From: the human T2T-CHM13v2.0 reference genome, Homo sapiens
Direction: 5' to 3' (one strand)
Assembly: GCF_009914755.1 (NCBI RefSeq)
Contig: NC_060933.1
DNA: 64,000 bases
Position numbers and translations under genes: made by a program. Below, in pieces: positions 28,770 to 45,390 of this stretch (its first letter is position 1; the number at the start of each line of letters is the position of its first letter). Below the pieces are notes generated by a model. The model saw only the letters and a program-made list of their open reading frames with translations, was not told the DNA's origin and did no database searches.

Positions 28770-31700
28770 AGAGCCCCTTTTTAAGTGAATGTAAAATGAG
28801 AAGACTAATACTCATTTGGGGGATTTTAGTTAAGGCTTAAAAATAATGTAGATTATTTAGCTTTCTGCTTAAAAGGTAGGTTCTCAGCAAGTGAGGGTAG
28901 AAGTGATGAACAAAACATCTCATTTTATTTTTCTTGGGACATGAGCCATATTTTCGCTTTTACTTTTCTTTTACTTTAACGCTCTTCAGAACAGGTGATA
29001 TTTAGGCTTATGATTAAAAGTGTGTGTTACATTGTGCACAGAAACATTTTAGGTCTTAAGTGGGTGGTGGGTAATGGATCTGAGAGTAGCAATCCTGTAC
29101 TTGAACAGAAGAGGATGTTGCAAACTATGGTACCTAGAAACCACATTTAAACATTGTAAAGAATATTGCTTTTGTACTTCGTTGTAACAAAGCAATTTTT
29201 TAATATTCTGATTTTGATTCTACCAGAAGTTTTTTAGGGACTGGATATTGTTTTAGTCTACATCAGATCCAACAGGCTGCCTCAGTTTTGCTGTTTTTAC
29301 TATGTTTGCATGAAGAGTCAAACAAAAAATTCCTAGGTATTCATTAGTGTAGTGTGAGAAATTAAAAAAAAAATCCTAGGTACTATCTACCTTGTCTTTT
29401 TAGTTTTTCTCTTGGTGAGTTTATTGATGAATTCAATAAATATTTTCTTTGTGTCTTCCATGAACCAGGAGGTAGGATATAGACAAGGTTCCTGAGTGCA
29501 TGAAGTTCGTAGTCTAGTGGGGAGGGCAAACTTGGGGCAAGTAATGACCAGCGTGGCGAGGAGGAAAACTAATGGAGCTACAGAAGCCCAGCACAGAGGA
29601 AACTCACCCATACTGCATTGTCAAGGAGAACCTTCCTGATAGTTAAGTGAAGATGGGAAAGAGTTAGCAGAGCCTGGTAAAGGAAACAGCATGCAAGCAG
29701 GCAAGAGGGAACGGTTGAGTTCCTGAAAAAAAAAGATAAGTTGCCAAGAGGCAGGGTCCTGTGAAATCAGACTGCATAGTATTGATCCAGCTGGTCATTC
29801 TGGCTAAGTTCTTGAGATAGACCTCACTGATGGATACCCAGTGGTGAGGAGATTTTATACTGGAATTCTGAGTCCCAGCCTTCAGAAGTCTGGAAAACCA
29901 GACTCTTACAGCTGAGGCCTGGCACCTACTTCCTCCAACTGGACCAAAGTCTGCATTGGTTCCTATTTCTCATCTCTGGATGGTTCTAAATACCACCTGA
30001 TCCTCAACCAAAGCTGGTAGCCACTAATATCCATAGTTCTGGAAATAATATTTTACCCATTCATCTTCTACGGCATCTGAGACTCCAGGAACTGACACAC
30101 ATTTCCAGAAATGTCTTGTCTTTGACTCTTCTACTGCCCATAAAATTGGAGTTCCTCACGCTTCATTTGAACAGCCCATGGGTTAATCCGCCTCTGTCTT
30201 CACCCAGTCTTGCTTGATCCCTCCTTGTACTTTGATGCTCCTCCTTCCCCCTCACCCCTGGAGAGCATTTATAGTTTGCCACGTGGCCAATGTCATGTCA
30301 TTAATGAAAGATTAGGCAGGTATTTAGGAATTTGGAACTAAGTACCAGGAATCAGAATTTGACACTTCCTTTTAGCATCTGCCAGGACTAAAGGGAATAA
30401 GCTAGGCAGCTCACTGTCTAAAGTGAGACAAGCTAACTTCCTGTTTCTTAAATGAGACTAAAAAGAACAGGAAATTTGGAGAACTGAGTAGAATTTATCA
30501 CTGAGCAACTAATTAGACCTTTGGAGATTTATTTTGGTGAGAAATATATGCCAGTTTTGCAAAGTAATTGAAATAAAAGAGAATCCTCCAAGCATTTTAC
30601 TTTAGGCAAATACCAACAGACCTTCCTCTGAGTATGAAAGTAAGGTATAAGGATTATTTCTCCTAATTTATAGAAATGTTTCTGAAACTTTTATTTCAAA
30701 ATATAGATACTCCTGCAGCAAAGTAAACATCTGATTGACTGAAGAACACACTCATGGCTCTTTACTTGGGTTTATACCTGAATAAATTGAGAGATTTAGG
30801 TTTCAGTGCAGTGTGGCAATTGTTTTACTCTTTTTGATTCTGTATATCTTTTGTTTCTGTCTCTATTGCAAATTTTGCACCCTCCACTCATGCTAAATTT
30901 ACATGAATAGTATAAGATTTCTGTGGTAATTGAAAAGCACTTGCTTTGGATTTAGACTCTCAAATCTTTTCTCGCCTGTTAATTGATTATTCACACAAAT
31001 GTTTGAGCTCAGTGTTCCCAAGCAGACAGAAGAATTGCCTTTCCATAGTTTGTTTTCTGCTCGTCAGGCATTTGGGGTAGAGAGACCTTTGCTCATCTGT
31101 ATTCTCGGAGGTGCAATTAGATAACAAAATGAAATAAATTAGAGGTTTGCTTCAAGCAGCATTACTGGGAGAGAGAAGTGGGTTTTCCTAGGGGTGTTTC
31201 TCTAATCAGCCGCCCCAGCCACTCTGTGGCTGAGATGCAGTAAAATCATCATGTGTGTCCCTTAGCTCTGCAGCCCTCCTCTCCCTGAGCTGATTGGATA
31301 GAATCCTGCGGCTGTGCTGTCTCTGTAGGATCCCTGCCCATCATTATTTCTCTCCTAAGTGCCTTGCATGGAATTCTTTTTGTTTTCATTTTAAATGCTG
31401 TCTGTTGCTTACAAGCTTTGTTAAACACAGGCTAAATGTCTTACTCTGGTGCAACATTGGAGGATTTGTTCTTTGAAAAGCTATAGGATTTTTTGTTAAG
31501 AGGAAGTTCGGAAATTTGAAGAACCTCTGGTTCCTTCTCAAATTTTCCTCAGTTGCTGCAATGATTGTGTAGTTTTTTGTTGTGTGTACAGTTACATTCA
31601 TTAATTTACTTGGAAAGTGCCTCCATGTTAAGGCAGTATCCCTGCCTTCAAGGGGCTTCCAGTTTTGATTTTTAAAAAATTGTACGTAAATCAGTACCTT

Positions 31701-32252
31701 ACAGAACATAGTGCTTGGTGTCCTGGGGAGGTTTCCCATGGAATATTCAGGCTGGGTACATCAGGCTTCCTAGAAGAGAGAGGGCGTCTGAGCTAAATCC
31801 TGAACATGTCTCTTGTCCCTGATTATGTGGTTAATTCAGAATTCTAAGCTGAGGAATATAGTATCTGTTTTGCAGCCTGAAAATTATTGTGGGAAATCCC
31901 TTCTGTTGAACCCAGAAGATGTCCTAGGGATAGAAACATGTCTATAGGCCCTTTAATAAAAATGGGATTCTTTTTAAGGAGCAACTTTGAGTTTTAAGAA
32001 GAGCAAGTTGTTGAGAAAGAATGCCATTTCATATGAGAGTAAGAGAGGATTATTGGCAGATTCAGGTGTGGAGAAAGTCCAATAGGAAAATGTCCATGGT
32101 CATTATCTTCATACACTCAGTCACTGGGTGGAGAGGGGTTCAATTTTTCTATCCAGCCCAAGTGGTAGAGCTAGAATTAATGAGTAGAAACCATGGGGAG
32201 ATAGATTCTGGCTCAATATAAGAAAAACTTTTGGCTATCAAAGCTGGGTTTT

Positions 32253-32269
32253 TGGTGTGTGTGTTTTTG

Positions 32270-32310
<41 letters not shown>
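32253..32310. repeat. Interrupted (GT)n microsatellite
   Basis: Direct reading. Confidence 0.95.
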
Positions 32311-32313
<3 letters not shown>

Positions 32314-33279
32314 GCCTCAGCAATGACTGAATTCCCTATCACTGCCCATGTTTGACCCCCTCGTTCCCACCGCCTATGTTGGAACACACACTGACCTGCT
32401 AGTTCCCTCCCATCATGTGAGGCACACCAGTCATCTCTTGTGAGTTTTGTGGTTAGTAATTTGTTACTAATAATGTCACTTTTTAATGATGTCACTCTTA
32501 CTTGGATTCCAGTGATCTCTCTCAAATGGGGAGAGAAAGGAGTAGAGTTTCAGCTGGAATGCTCTGAGCAACACGTATCCCTGAGTGCACCCATAATGTC
32601 TCCTTCATGGTGTGATGGGAAAGGAGGAGGCGTGGAGCATTGTGCTAAGACACACCCCCCCGGTGTGGGGATGTAAGAAGGGCCAGAGCTCCAAACAAGA
32701 TGAGCTTTGAAGACATCTTTTTCCTTAGTCTGAAATTCAGTGATGACAAGCTTCCTCTGAGTTACATGTTTGCAATATATAGTTCCAAGCTTATATTCAT
32801 TAAAGGTAATGACCAAGAAGATTAACAGCAAAAAAAATACATTGGAGCAATCACAGCATTCTAATAACCTTGTTTATTTTTGTTTTTTAACACGTTGTTT
32901 GTCAGTTGGGCTTTCTGAAAACATAAGATAATGCTTTAAATCAAAGCAGCTTGGGGACAGATGGATTAACTCTTCTGAGTCAGCAGGGGACTATTAAAAA
33001 CATCACTCTTGGACCTGCCTGTATCTCGCTGCCAGACAGACCTTCCCAGGACACGGTTTTCATCATGTCTCTGTGATTGTTTATTGAGCTGTTCTTGTTC
33101 AGGAGTCTCAGTACTTTAAGTGGGTGTGTATGCATTATTAATAGTTGTAGTTTCTTAACTTCAGTGACAGAAAAGTTAAGAATTTGAAAATATTTTAGTT
33201 TTTCATATGCCTTTTTAATATTTCTTTTATGTTACCACTGTGAGTTACCCATTTTCAAGTGGGTGTGTAATTCATCTAC

Positions 33280-33469
33280 TTATTTATCTAATTTATTTAT
33301 TTACTTACTTATGTGGAGATTGAGGTCTCACTCTATTGTCCAGGCTGGAGTGTAGTAGCTCAGTCATAGCTCACTATCACCTCAAACTTCTGGGCTCAAG
33401 TGATTCTCCTGCCTCAGCCTCTCAAGTAGCTAGGACTACCAGCACACACCACCATGCCTGCCTAATTTT
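33280..33469 (-). mobile_element. AluJ right arm; element split by the L1 at 33470-36264
   Basis: gaggtctcactctattgtccaggctggagtg...accatgcctgcctaatttt. Left arm resumes at 36265. Confidence 0.88.
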
Positions 33470-36264
<2,795 letters not shown>

Positions 36265-36402
36265 TGGCTAATTTTAAAATCTTTTGTATAGATGGGGTCT
36301 CACTTTTTCCCAGGCTAGTCTTGAACTCCTGGCCTTAAGCAATCCTCCTATCTTGGCCTCCCAAAGCACTGGGGTAACAGACATGGGCCACCATGACTGA
36401 CT
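36265..36402 (-). mobile_element. AluJ left arm (continuation of 33280-33469)
   Basis: ttttgtatagatggggtctcac...ttggcctcccaaagcactgggg...gccaccatg. Confidence 0.85.
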
Positions 36403-36796
36403 GAATTTATTTATATATTAATGATCACTAAACTCACAAAGTGTTGGTGCTCCCTTTAAGGTGTCTATGTTTTTCTTAAACTTTTGCTCTGCTACAGCAT
36501 CTGGTATAATGTGGTATCTAATAGTATGAAATCATATCTTTCAGTCCTTTTGTTGCTCCACAAACAACGCCACGCTGTTCACGAGTCCTTACACCTAAGT
36601 TCAGGAAATACCAACTTTTCTTCAGGGAAGAAAGGTAATATTCCCATGTCTCTGGAAGAGTAACCCCATTCTAGTCATTTCCATGCCTTCTATTCTTTAG
36701 TATCTTGTCTCTAAAGACTGAGACAGCTGGTGAAATAATCAGTATCATCTATAGATTCAGCATGGCATTATTATTAGTGAAGCTAGCACCTAGCAC

Positions 36797-37050
36797 AGGA
36801 ATCAAGATTTTTTTGTAAGTGCTTTAGGTTTTTGGGGCCAGAGGGTCTCTGTGGTCTCTTACAACTCCTTGCCAATGCTGTCAAAACACAAAAGCGTCCA
36901 TTGACAGCGTTTAAATGAATAAGTATGGCTGTTTTCCAACAAAACTTTATCTAAGGATGCTGAAATGTGAATTTGAAATTTGAATAATTATTTTGTGCAG
37001 TAAAATAGTAGTCTCATTTCACATTTTTTCAACCATTTAAAGAAGTAGAA
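36797..37050. mobile_element. MER58B-like hAT-Charlie fossil
   Basis: aatgaataagtatggctgttttccaacaaaactttat...ttttttcaaccatttaaa. Confidence 0.6.
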
Positions 37051-37115
37051 ATGGAAGTTTTTATTACCTAAAAAACATGCCTGTATCTGTATATATTTAC
37101 AGTTTCACTTTCTTT

Positions 37116-38303
37116 TTTTTATTTTTATTTTTTATTATACTTTAAGTTCTAGAGTATGTGTACATGTGCACAGCTTGCAGGTTTGTTACATATGTATACA
37201 TGTGCCATGTTGGTGTGCTGCACCCATTAACTCGTCATTTACATTAGGTATATCTCCTAATGCTATCCCTCCCCCCTCCCCCCACCCCACGGCAGGCCCC
37301 CATGTGTGATGTTCCCCTTCCTGTGTCCAAGTGTTCTCATTGTTCATTTCCCACCTATGAGTGAGAACTTGCGGTGTTTGGTTTTTTGTCCTTGCAATAG
37401 TTTGCTGAGAATGATGGTTTCCAGCTTCATCCACGTCCCTACAAAGGACATGAACTCATCATTTTTTATGGCTGCATAGTATTCCATGGTGTATATGTGC
37501 CACAGTTTCTTAATCCAGTCTATCATTGATGGACATTTGGGTTGGTTCCAAGTCTTTGCTGTTGTGAATAGTGCCGCAATAAACATACGTGTGCATGTGT
37601 CTTTATAGCAGCATGATTTATAATCCTTTGGGTATATACCCAGTAATGGGATGGCTGGGTCAAATGGTATTTCTAGTTCTAGATCCCTGAGGAATTGCCA
37701 CACTGTCTTCCACAATGGTTGAACCAGTTTACATTCCCACCAACAGTGTAAAAGTGTTCCTATTTCTCCACATCCTCTCCAGCACCTGTTGTTTCCTGAC
37801 TTTTTAATGATTACCATTCTAACTGGTGTGAGATGGTATCTCATTGTGGTTTTCATTTGCATTTCTCTGATGGCCAGTGATGATGAGCATTTTTCCATAT
37901 GTCTGTTGGCTGCATAAATGTCTTCTTTTGAGAAGTGTCTGTTCCTATCCTTTGCCCCCTTTTTGAAGACTTAAATGTTAGACCTAAGACCATAAAAACC
38001 CTAGAAGAAAACCTAGACAATACCATTCAGGACATAGGCATGGGCAAGGCATTAGACTTCATGTCTAAAACACCAAAAGCAATGGCAACAAAAGCCAAAA
38101 TTGACAAATGGGATCTAATTAAACTAAAGAGCTTCTGCACAGCAAAAGAAACTACCATCAGAGTGAACAGGCAACCTACAGAATGGGAGAAAATTTTTGC
38201 AATCTATTCATCTGACAAAGAGCTAATATCCAGAATCTACAAAGAACTCAAACAAATTTACAAGAAAAAAACAACCCCATCAAAAAGTGGGCGAAGGATA
38301 TGA
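37116..38303 (-). mobile_element. L1PA4/5-like LINE-1, 5'-truncated with 5' inversion
   Basis: Antisense segment 37116-~37966 and sense segment ~37967-38307. Perfect 17-bp TSD acagtttcactttcttt at 37099-37115 and 38304-38320. Confidence 0.95.
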
Positions 38304-38988
38304 ACAGTTTCACTTTCTTTAAACAGCCTTCCCTAATGGCTCCTCACACCAATCCCAGGCAAGGTTAGTTGAAGACGGAGGCTCAGGAGCTTATAAGATG
38401 AGAAATTCTTGTAATTTAGGATGCATCAAAACTTACTTTCAAATAGTAATTGGAAATTTTGGACATTGAGAAAAATAACAGTTACATGTCATAAGTTCAA
38501 AGTTAAACTGTACTGTTCTCAAATGGCAATAAGCTCAATTCTGGGAGCTTATGGGAATTGCTAGTTATAATAAGTTACTTAAGTGGAAATCTTCTTTATG
38601 CTAAGTTAATCAGGCCTGTTACTAAGAGAATATGTACTTGGATATTACCAGCTTAGGTATATAAATAACTCTTCTGCCAAGTGCATAACAAGGCACATTC
38701 AGGGGTCTCATGGGGTTATGGCCCTCAGCTTGTCTCTGGCTGACACAGTGTAGTTTAGCAAAAGAGTCCTGGGCATTATTATGGAGGACCGAGGTGGAGA
38801 GAAGTTAGAAATTAGTCAGCCTCCTACTGGCAGATGACTTCAGAATGTGACTAATCATTGGACCATTCAGTTCTTCTGGTACTTTTTTAAAGAAAGCCTC
38901 TGATTAATGGCCTTGGGAACTACTTTTCTCCTCATAACACACTTAAAGAGCTCCTTTCCCTTCTCTAGGCCACAGGTGTGGACATTTA

Positions 38989-39505
<517 letters not shown>

Positions 39506-41210
39506 TCAGAGGTGGTGGATTTCAAGCGAAGGTTATTTTATGTTGTAGTCAAAAGGGTTTAGGTAGAACTTGCTCTGTAATGATGCCTGGACTAGGTAAC
39601 CAAAAGTGTTGAAGGAGTCTGCCTCAATGGGCACAAAGTCGGTAAACATCTGGGTGGGATGAGCTCTTTCTTTAGACAAGTCACAAGGGACACTGGAATA
39701 GTTTTTATTCCTACTTCTCTTTTAAGATGGAGTCCTGCCCTGGGGACCAAATGTAATAATCTAATATTGGTATCCCCAGGGTCTCTGGGTCTTCCCTGAG
39801 ACCACTGGCTTCAGCCAAGCTAGTGGTGTCTGTTTACACTACATGAGTGGTTGGGCTCCCTACACAGAGCTTAAAAGGGAAGGGGGTTCTGTAGCCAAAA
39901 TGAGAAACTAGCTTTCACAGCCTTCCTTGCTCACCTCCCTGTGGGCCAGGTGGGATAGACACTGCAGGTACCAGTCTCTGTAGGGAAACCCGTGAAACTG
40001 AGGGCCTGTGGTTCAGCAGATCAGCATTGCAGAGCCTCCCTTCCAGAGAGGCCCAGGATGGAATAGTCTTGTGGATGAAGCTTCCACAGACTTTGAGAAG
40101 TTTCAAAATAAAAACAGAATATGGGATGGCAGGTACCTTCCTGCTGATGCTGTTTCACCGGCTACTGCCAGGTCCCCAGCCCCATCTTAGGGAGGGAACA
40201 AAGCATATTCCAGCTCTGACTTGGCCTCTCTTTCAGATTGGGAGATGCCTCTGTTGCCTGTCTTTTTAGGAAGAGCTTTTGCTTTCAAGAAGTATAGGAT
40301 GGTCATTAAGAACACACACACTGGAACTAGAACTGGGGAAGTTTCTTAACCCCTCTGTATCTGTTTTCTCATATACATTACAGAGTTTGTGAGCATTGAG
40401 TGTGTAAAGATATTTATAGTCCTTAGAACAGTTTCTGACAAACAGAAGACAGCTTATGGTGATGATTGTTATAATTATTAAGGACAGAGATGGGGGAACC
40501 TTAGAAATTGGTCAGCCCCTTAACAGCAGATGACATCAGGATATCAAACAGCCATTGGAAAATTTAATTCCTATGGCACTCTTTTTTAGAAACCTTGGCT
40601 TTTTGAATGATTTTCCTTCTCATCATAACTACAGGATATTTAGACACATTTGTCATCTAATTCCTTAATTCCCATCACATAGGCAGCAGGAGATCTACAT
40701 TTGTACTTCTATCACACATGTACCATGGAGTTTCAGCATATTTGTTCCATACACACCTTTGATCCATTTCCCTGGCATAAGACATTCTATGACTTGAGTA
40801 CATAGTGGTTGTTTGGAATTTTGCTAATACTAGGACCTTCACATATGGCTTCACAAGTTGTGTACTGCACAACTCCAGGGGGCTACTGAGCATTTTTAAG
40901 CTAATCACTACCTGGTACACACTCAATCTTAAAGATCTTTGAAATTTGAATCAATCAAAAGGATATTTATACAAGATTTATATGTAGACAGGCACATTTG
41001 AAATTGCATCCTTCTAAAGATAATTTTATATCATTATAACTTCACAAGAAAAAATTTGTTTTCCTCTGTTGATCCTAGTAATAGCAAACACACACAGTAA
41101 TATGACTGCCATGGAATGAAAAATTATTAAGTATTGAAAAACTGAACTGAAAGATAAAATCTTTTAATGTGTGGATTATGGAAAAGGAGGAGGCTTACTT
41201 TATGCAAGGC

Positions 41211-41312
41211 TGATATTATATACCGGTATATATTATATACCGGTATATATTGGTATATACTGATATTATACTGGTATATACTGATATTATATACTGGTAT
41301 ATATTATATACC
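41211..41312. repeat. AT-rich ~17-21-bp tandem repeat with palindromic units
   Basis: tatataccggtatata at 41217-41232 and 41234-41249, followed by degenerate tatactggtatata copies. Confidence 0.85.
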
Positions 41313-42237
41313 ACTAGGTACAGCAGGTTATGGAAAAGTTTCTCATAGTTGAAGGGGGAGCCTTTTAACAAACAGAAAATTTCTCCAGTGGACTTAATTG
41401 ATACCTAAATTTCTACATTAAAATTTAATCACTTTCATTTATACCTATGTCATATATTACATGTACATACCTTGAATAGGAGGATGCATTTATTCTCATT
41501 AGTCATTTACCATGTAGGGCGAATAGGAGGCCCACAGATGCTGATAAGAAAAGGATTTCTTGGAGAAAGACAGAGAGCACTGCAGTGAGCACCTTCCATG
41601 ACCTCTTTCAAGTGGGGAGAGGGGCCTGACAAAGAGAACACGGTGAGATGCTGAAGGCAAACACTGACCATTCCAAATTTAGAAATTTAGAGGATAGAAC
41701 AAATTTGGAGGATAGACTCTAGCATCAAGATTTTTGTTTAGCATTAACCAAAAGTTCAAGGACAGACTAGAAGTCTTTGCTCAAGATTTTATATTTTTAG
41801 GATGTTCTTAGAAGTTAAATAAAAAGCTCCCCACTTCTTGAATAAGCAGAGTTGATGCTGCATGATTCTTTCTTGAGGGCAGCAAAATCTGCCTCCATGC
41901 CTGACCCACTGTAGGCATCCAATAAATGCCTCTGGGACAAAGTATGTTTCATTTTATTCACCTTATTTTCACCAGAAGGTAATGAATTATATTTTGAAAC
42001 AAATTTTAGGAAACTACAAGCTTCTTCTTTGGATAAACGGGCTTTCCACATCTTGGCAGACCACTGCTGAGTACAGTGTCAGCATGACTTCCAGCCGCGT
42101 CTCAGCCTCCCTCACCTACTGCGGGACTTGTCCGGGGCTCTGTTGCATACCCCGCCATTGTATACAGACTCAACCAAAAACCGGTATTCTAAAGCTCATC
42201 ATTTTTGTCATTTAGAGCACTTATTTTCTCATTTCAG

Positions 42238-42310
42238 AAAGTGGATGTCACCAGCAGGGCTGTGATGGAAATAATGACTAAAACAATTGAATACCTTCAA
42301 CCCAATCCAG
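42238..42310 (+). CDS. SH3GL2: SH3GL2 internal coding exon, probably exon 3; 73 nt, phase 0-1
   Basis: Acceptor ttctcatttcag| and donor CCAG|gtaagg. Translates [24 protein letters not shown] (inside ORF 42205..42432), continuing in frame from the 27863-27931 exon. [18 protein letters not shown] fits endophilin A1 rather than A2/A3. Confidence 0.96.
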
Positions 42311-44062
42311 GTAAGGCATCATCTTATATGTTTAAAGGATCCCTCGAGGTAACTTTTAGTTTCTCTTTGATAGACATTTTAAGTTTGGTGTGTTTCTTCT
42401 TTTGGTGTTGCTTCCTCGGTCCACTTTTCTGAGAGGTTAGCGACTTCATGGATAGCACATTTTAACTGGGGAGAAGGGCTTTTTAAAGCTCACATTGAAG
42501 TAACTGGAAGATCTGTGGTATTTTATCTGACTGTGGTATATTTAACAAATAATGTATGCAAACAGTTCAGGTGACACATAATATCAGAGTAGCTATAAAC
42601 TGTTATCAGTTTGAACTTTCAAGAGATGGTAAGAAGGAAAATTAGGATAGTTTAAGGTAAGATATAATGATTCCCAGAAGATGTGAAAAAGTAGGGAGGT
42701 GAATCGTTTTCATGAAACACAGAGGGTTTCTTCATAGGGCATCACCAAAGTCTTCAGAGCGTTGATCTTGATTCTGATTCTTCTCCAAGCACATCACAGA
42801 TCAGCATTGGTTCCTGCTAACTTGTTATACTCTAAGAAAAAGAAGTGGTAATAGAGATAACGGAGCTATATGTTGATAAGAGGACCAGGCAGAGTTGGGG
42901 CAGTTTCGGTAGGCACTAGGTATAGCAAAGCAAAGCAAAGCAAAGCAGCCTACCTGATAGACCTCCTCATTACCATTCCTGTGTGTCAGTTTCTAACCAC
43001 AGGGCACGGAAACGGGAAGTGAGGCTGGTTGTATTTAAGTGAGATGTGTGAATATTTGGAATACCCCTTAATCTTGAGGCTAGTTTCTTTGCAAGTTTCA
43101 GGTTGGGGTTCCGTGTATTTTATGGTCCTAGAGAGGATGGTGCAGACAACTGCTTCAGCCCCAATGAGTTTGGATACTGAGCAATAGTGGACAAGTGATC
43201 AAAAAAAAAAAAAAAAGGGGGCGGGTGTGGGCTGAGAGGAAGCAGGTGTGTGCTGTACTAAGTGCTGGCTCCTTTTCTATGCCCCCTGCTGCTGGCTGCA
43301 GCTTCCTTCCATCCTTATTCACCTATGACCAGCCCAGCTGCTATTCTGAGGATGAGCAGACTATGTAGGAATAACTTTCTGGATATTTGTTGCTGTTGTT
43401 TTTGTTCATAAAACACATTAGAAATGAGCTTATGTGAGGGAGGAAAATATGGAAGAAAATGTGATAAGCTATAGGAACCAGGAATTTAACTGACAGTGGT
43501 CTAGATACATTTTCAAATGCTTAGCAAATTTGTCAAAGCACTGCAAAAATCAGGTTTCTTATTTTTACCCAGAACCTTCTTGGTAACCACTGTTTTTCAC
43601 AGAGATGCAAAGATCTCTTGGATGCACATTTATTCCTTACTGTTTAAACCACTGTCATAGGTCAAGTTCTGAAAGAGAACTGCTCGCCCTGCTTCCCCGC
43701 AAGAAATCATTATATAGGGGCAAGAAGTTTTGGTCTTTATCTTTGCCTAGAACCTTGAAGTACTCCATGATTTCCTGGGATTTTCACGAGTTGTACTTGT
43801 AACTCATGGTTGTAGGGCTAAGAGAAAGGCAGTGGGAGGAGGAATATAGTATTTATTGAGCACTGATGCATTTTCAGTGCAGTGCTAGGTATATGAGGCA
43901 TTGTCTCATCTTTAAAAGTAACCATTTTTCTCCATATAAAGTAAAAACAGTTGAAGAATTTCTAGTATGAAAATAGACTAAAAATTCATTGTAACACAAA
44001 TTATCAGTGGGAGCTCATCAGTTTTCCTGAGTATAATGGAACTGTGCTCTGTTGTAGGTAGG

Positions 44063-44516
44063 TGTGGTGGGTTGCATTGTGTGTCTCCCCAAATTCAGGT
44101 CCATCCAGAACTAAACTTATAAGGAATGTGACCTTATGTGGAAATAATCCTTGCAGATGTAAGTAGTGATGTAGGATCTTGAGATGAACTCTTCCTAGAT
44201 TTAGGGTGGCCCCTAGAACCAGTGATGGGTGTCCTTATGAGAAGAGGAGAGGACACAGAGAAACACAGGAAAGAAGGCCACGTGAAGAATGAGAAGAGGT
44301 TGAAGTTACACGTCACGAGCAAAGGAATGCCAGGAGCCACCACCACAAGCTGGAAGACATGAGGAAGGATTCTCTCAGAGCCTCCAGAGGGAACCAACTT
44401 TGCCGACACCTTGATTTCAGACTTCCGGTATGCTGAACTGTGAGGGAATCAATTCTTTTCTTTGAGGCTGCCCAGTTTGTGGTCATTTGAAATGACAGCT
44501 CTAGAAAACTAATCCA
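44063..44516 (+). mobile_element. MLT1C-like MaLR solo LTR
   Basis: tgtggtgggttgcattgtg...gacagctctagaaaactaatcca. Flanks gtagg/gtacg resemble a 5-bp TSD. Confidence 0.85.
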
Positions 44517-45390
44517 GTACGCTAGCCTCATTTTATTCAGGAAAAAACAAGGGTCAGAGAATTTAAGGAACTTTCCCATTCATACACCTAGGAAGGGATG
44601 AAGACAAGATTGGAACTCAGGTCTGACTACCTCCTAAGTCTCTGCACTTCACGTTGCACGATCCTGCCTCTGAGAAGGGTAGGCTCCATTTCATTTAGGT
44701 GTGAAGGGTCCTTCCCTTTCAGAGAGTACCAGAGAAATTCAGAAAGGAAATTGTGGGATTAAGGCTTATTTTTATTTTAATAAAAAACATCAAAGGAGGA
44801 GGTAATTGAGAAGATCTGAATGTTTAGAAATGACATTTTTAATACAATATTGCATGTGCTAATTGGCTGCCAATATAATGGTTTTGTGACTATTTGAGAG
44901 TTGAATGGACATCTGCCACTAAGAACAATGAAGGCCATTACAGGCAATTCGAGGTTGGTTTCAGAAAAACAGTTATGTATGGGCAGGCCACATACATATA
45001 TGAGTAAGTACTACCCAGAAGAGTCCAGAACAAAACGAAAATTTTGTGTAATCATTCCACAGAATTTAAACAACCTGCATTTAATTGTTTACAACAGGTA
45101 CAATTTCATCCCTCCACCAGCTTCTTGCCCTGAGAGTAGACACTGGCCATAGAGCCCAGACCAGGTAACTGGTAAAGTTGAGAGTTAGGCAGACACCCAG
45201 AGAGACAGTCCTTGGGCACAGGAGAGCACAAAGAATGTTCCCAAACTCGTGCAGTTTGCTAAATACTTTGCCCACTCAGCCTTTCAGTGAACCCTAGAGC
45301 TGGGCCAACCAGTGTGGATACTGAATGCTGGTTCTGAATAAGCAAGATATGGCCTGGGTTAGGACAGGGCCTGATGCCAAGTAACACATT

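Noticed and set aside
42924-42948. (AAAGC)n pentamer run; similar tiny repeats at ~21279 (ATTGT)n, ~23633 and ~57274
   Set aside because: Short ordinary slippage repeats
43201-43231. Orphan A16 followed by G-rich gggggcgggtgtggg
   Set aside because: No upstream retro-element body or TSD, and only three G3+ tracts, so neither a retrocopy tail nor a canonical G-quadruplex is supported
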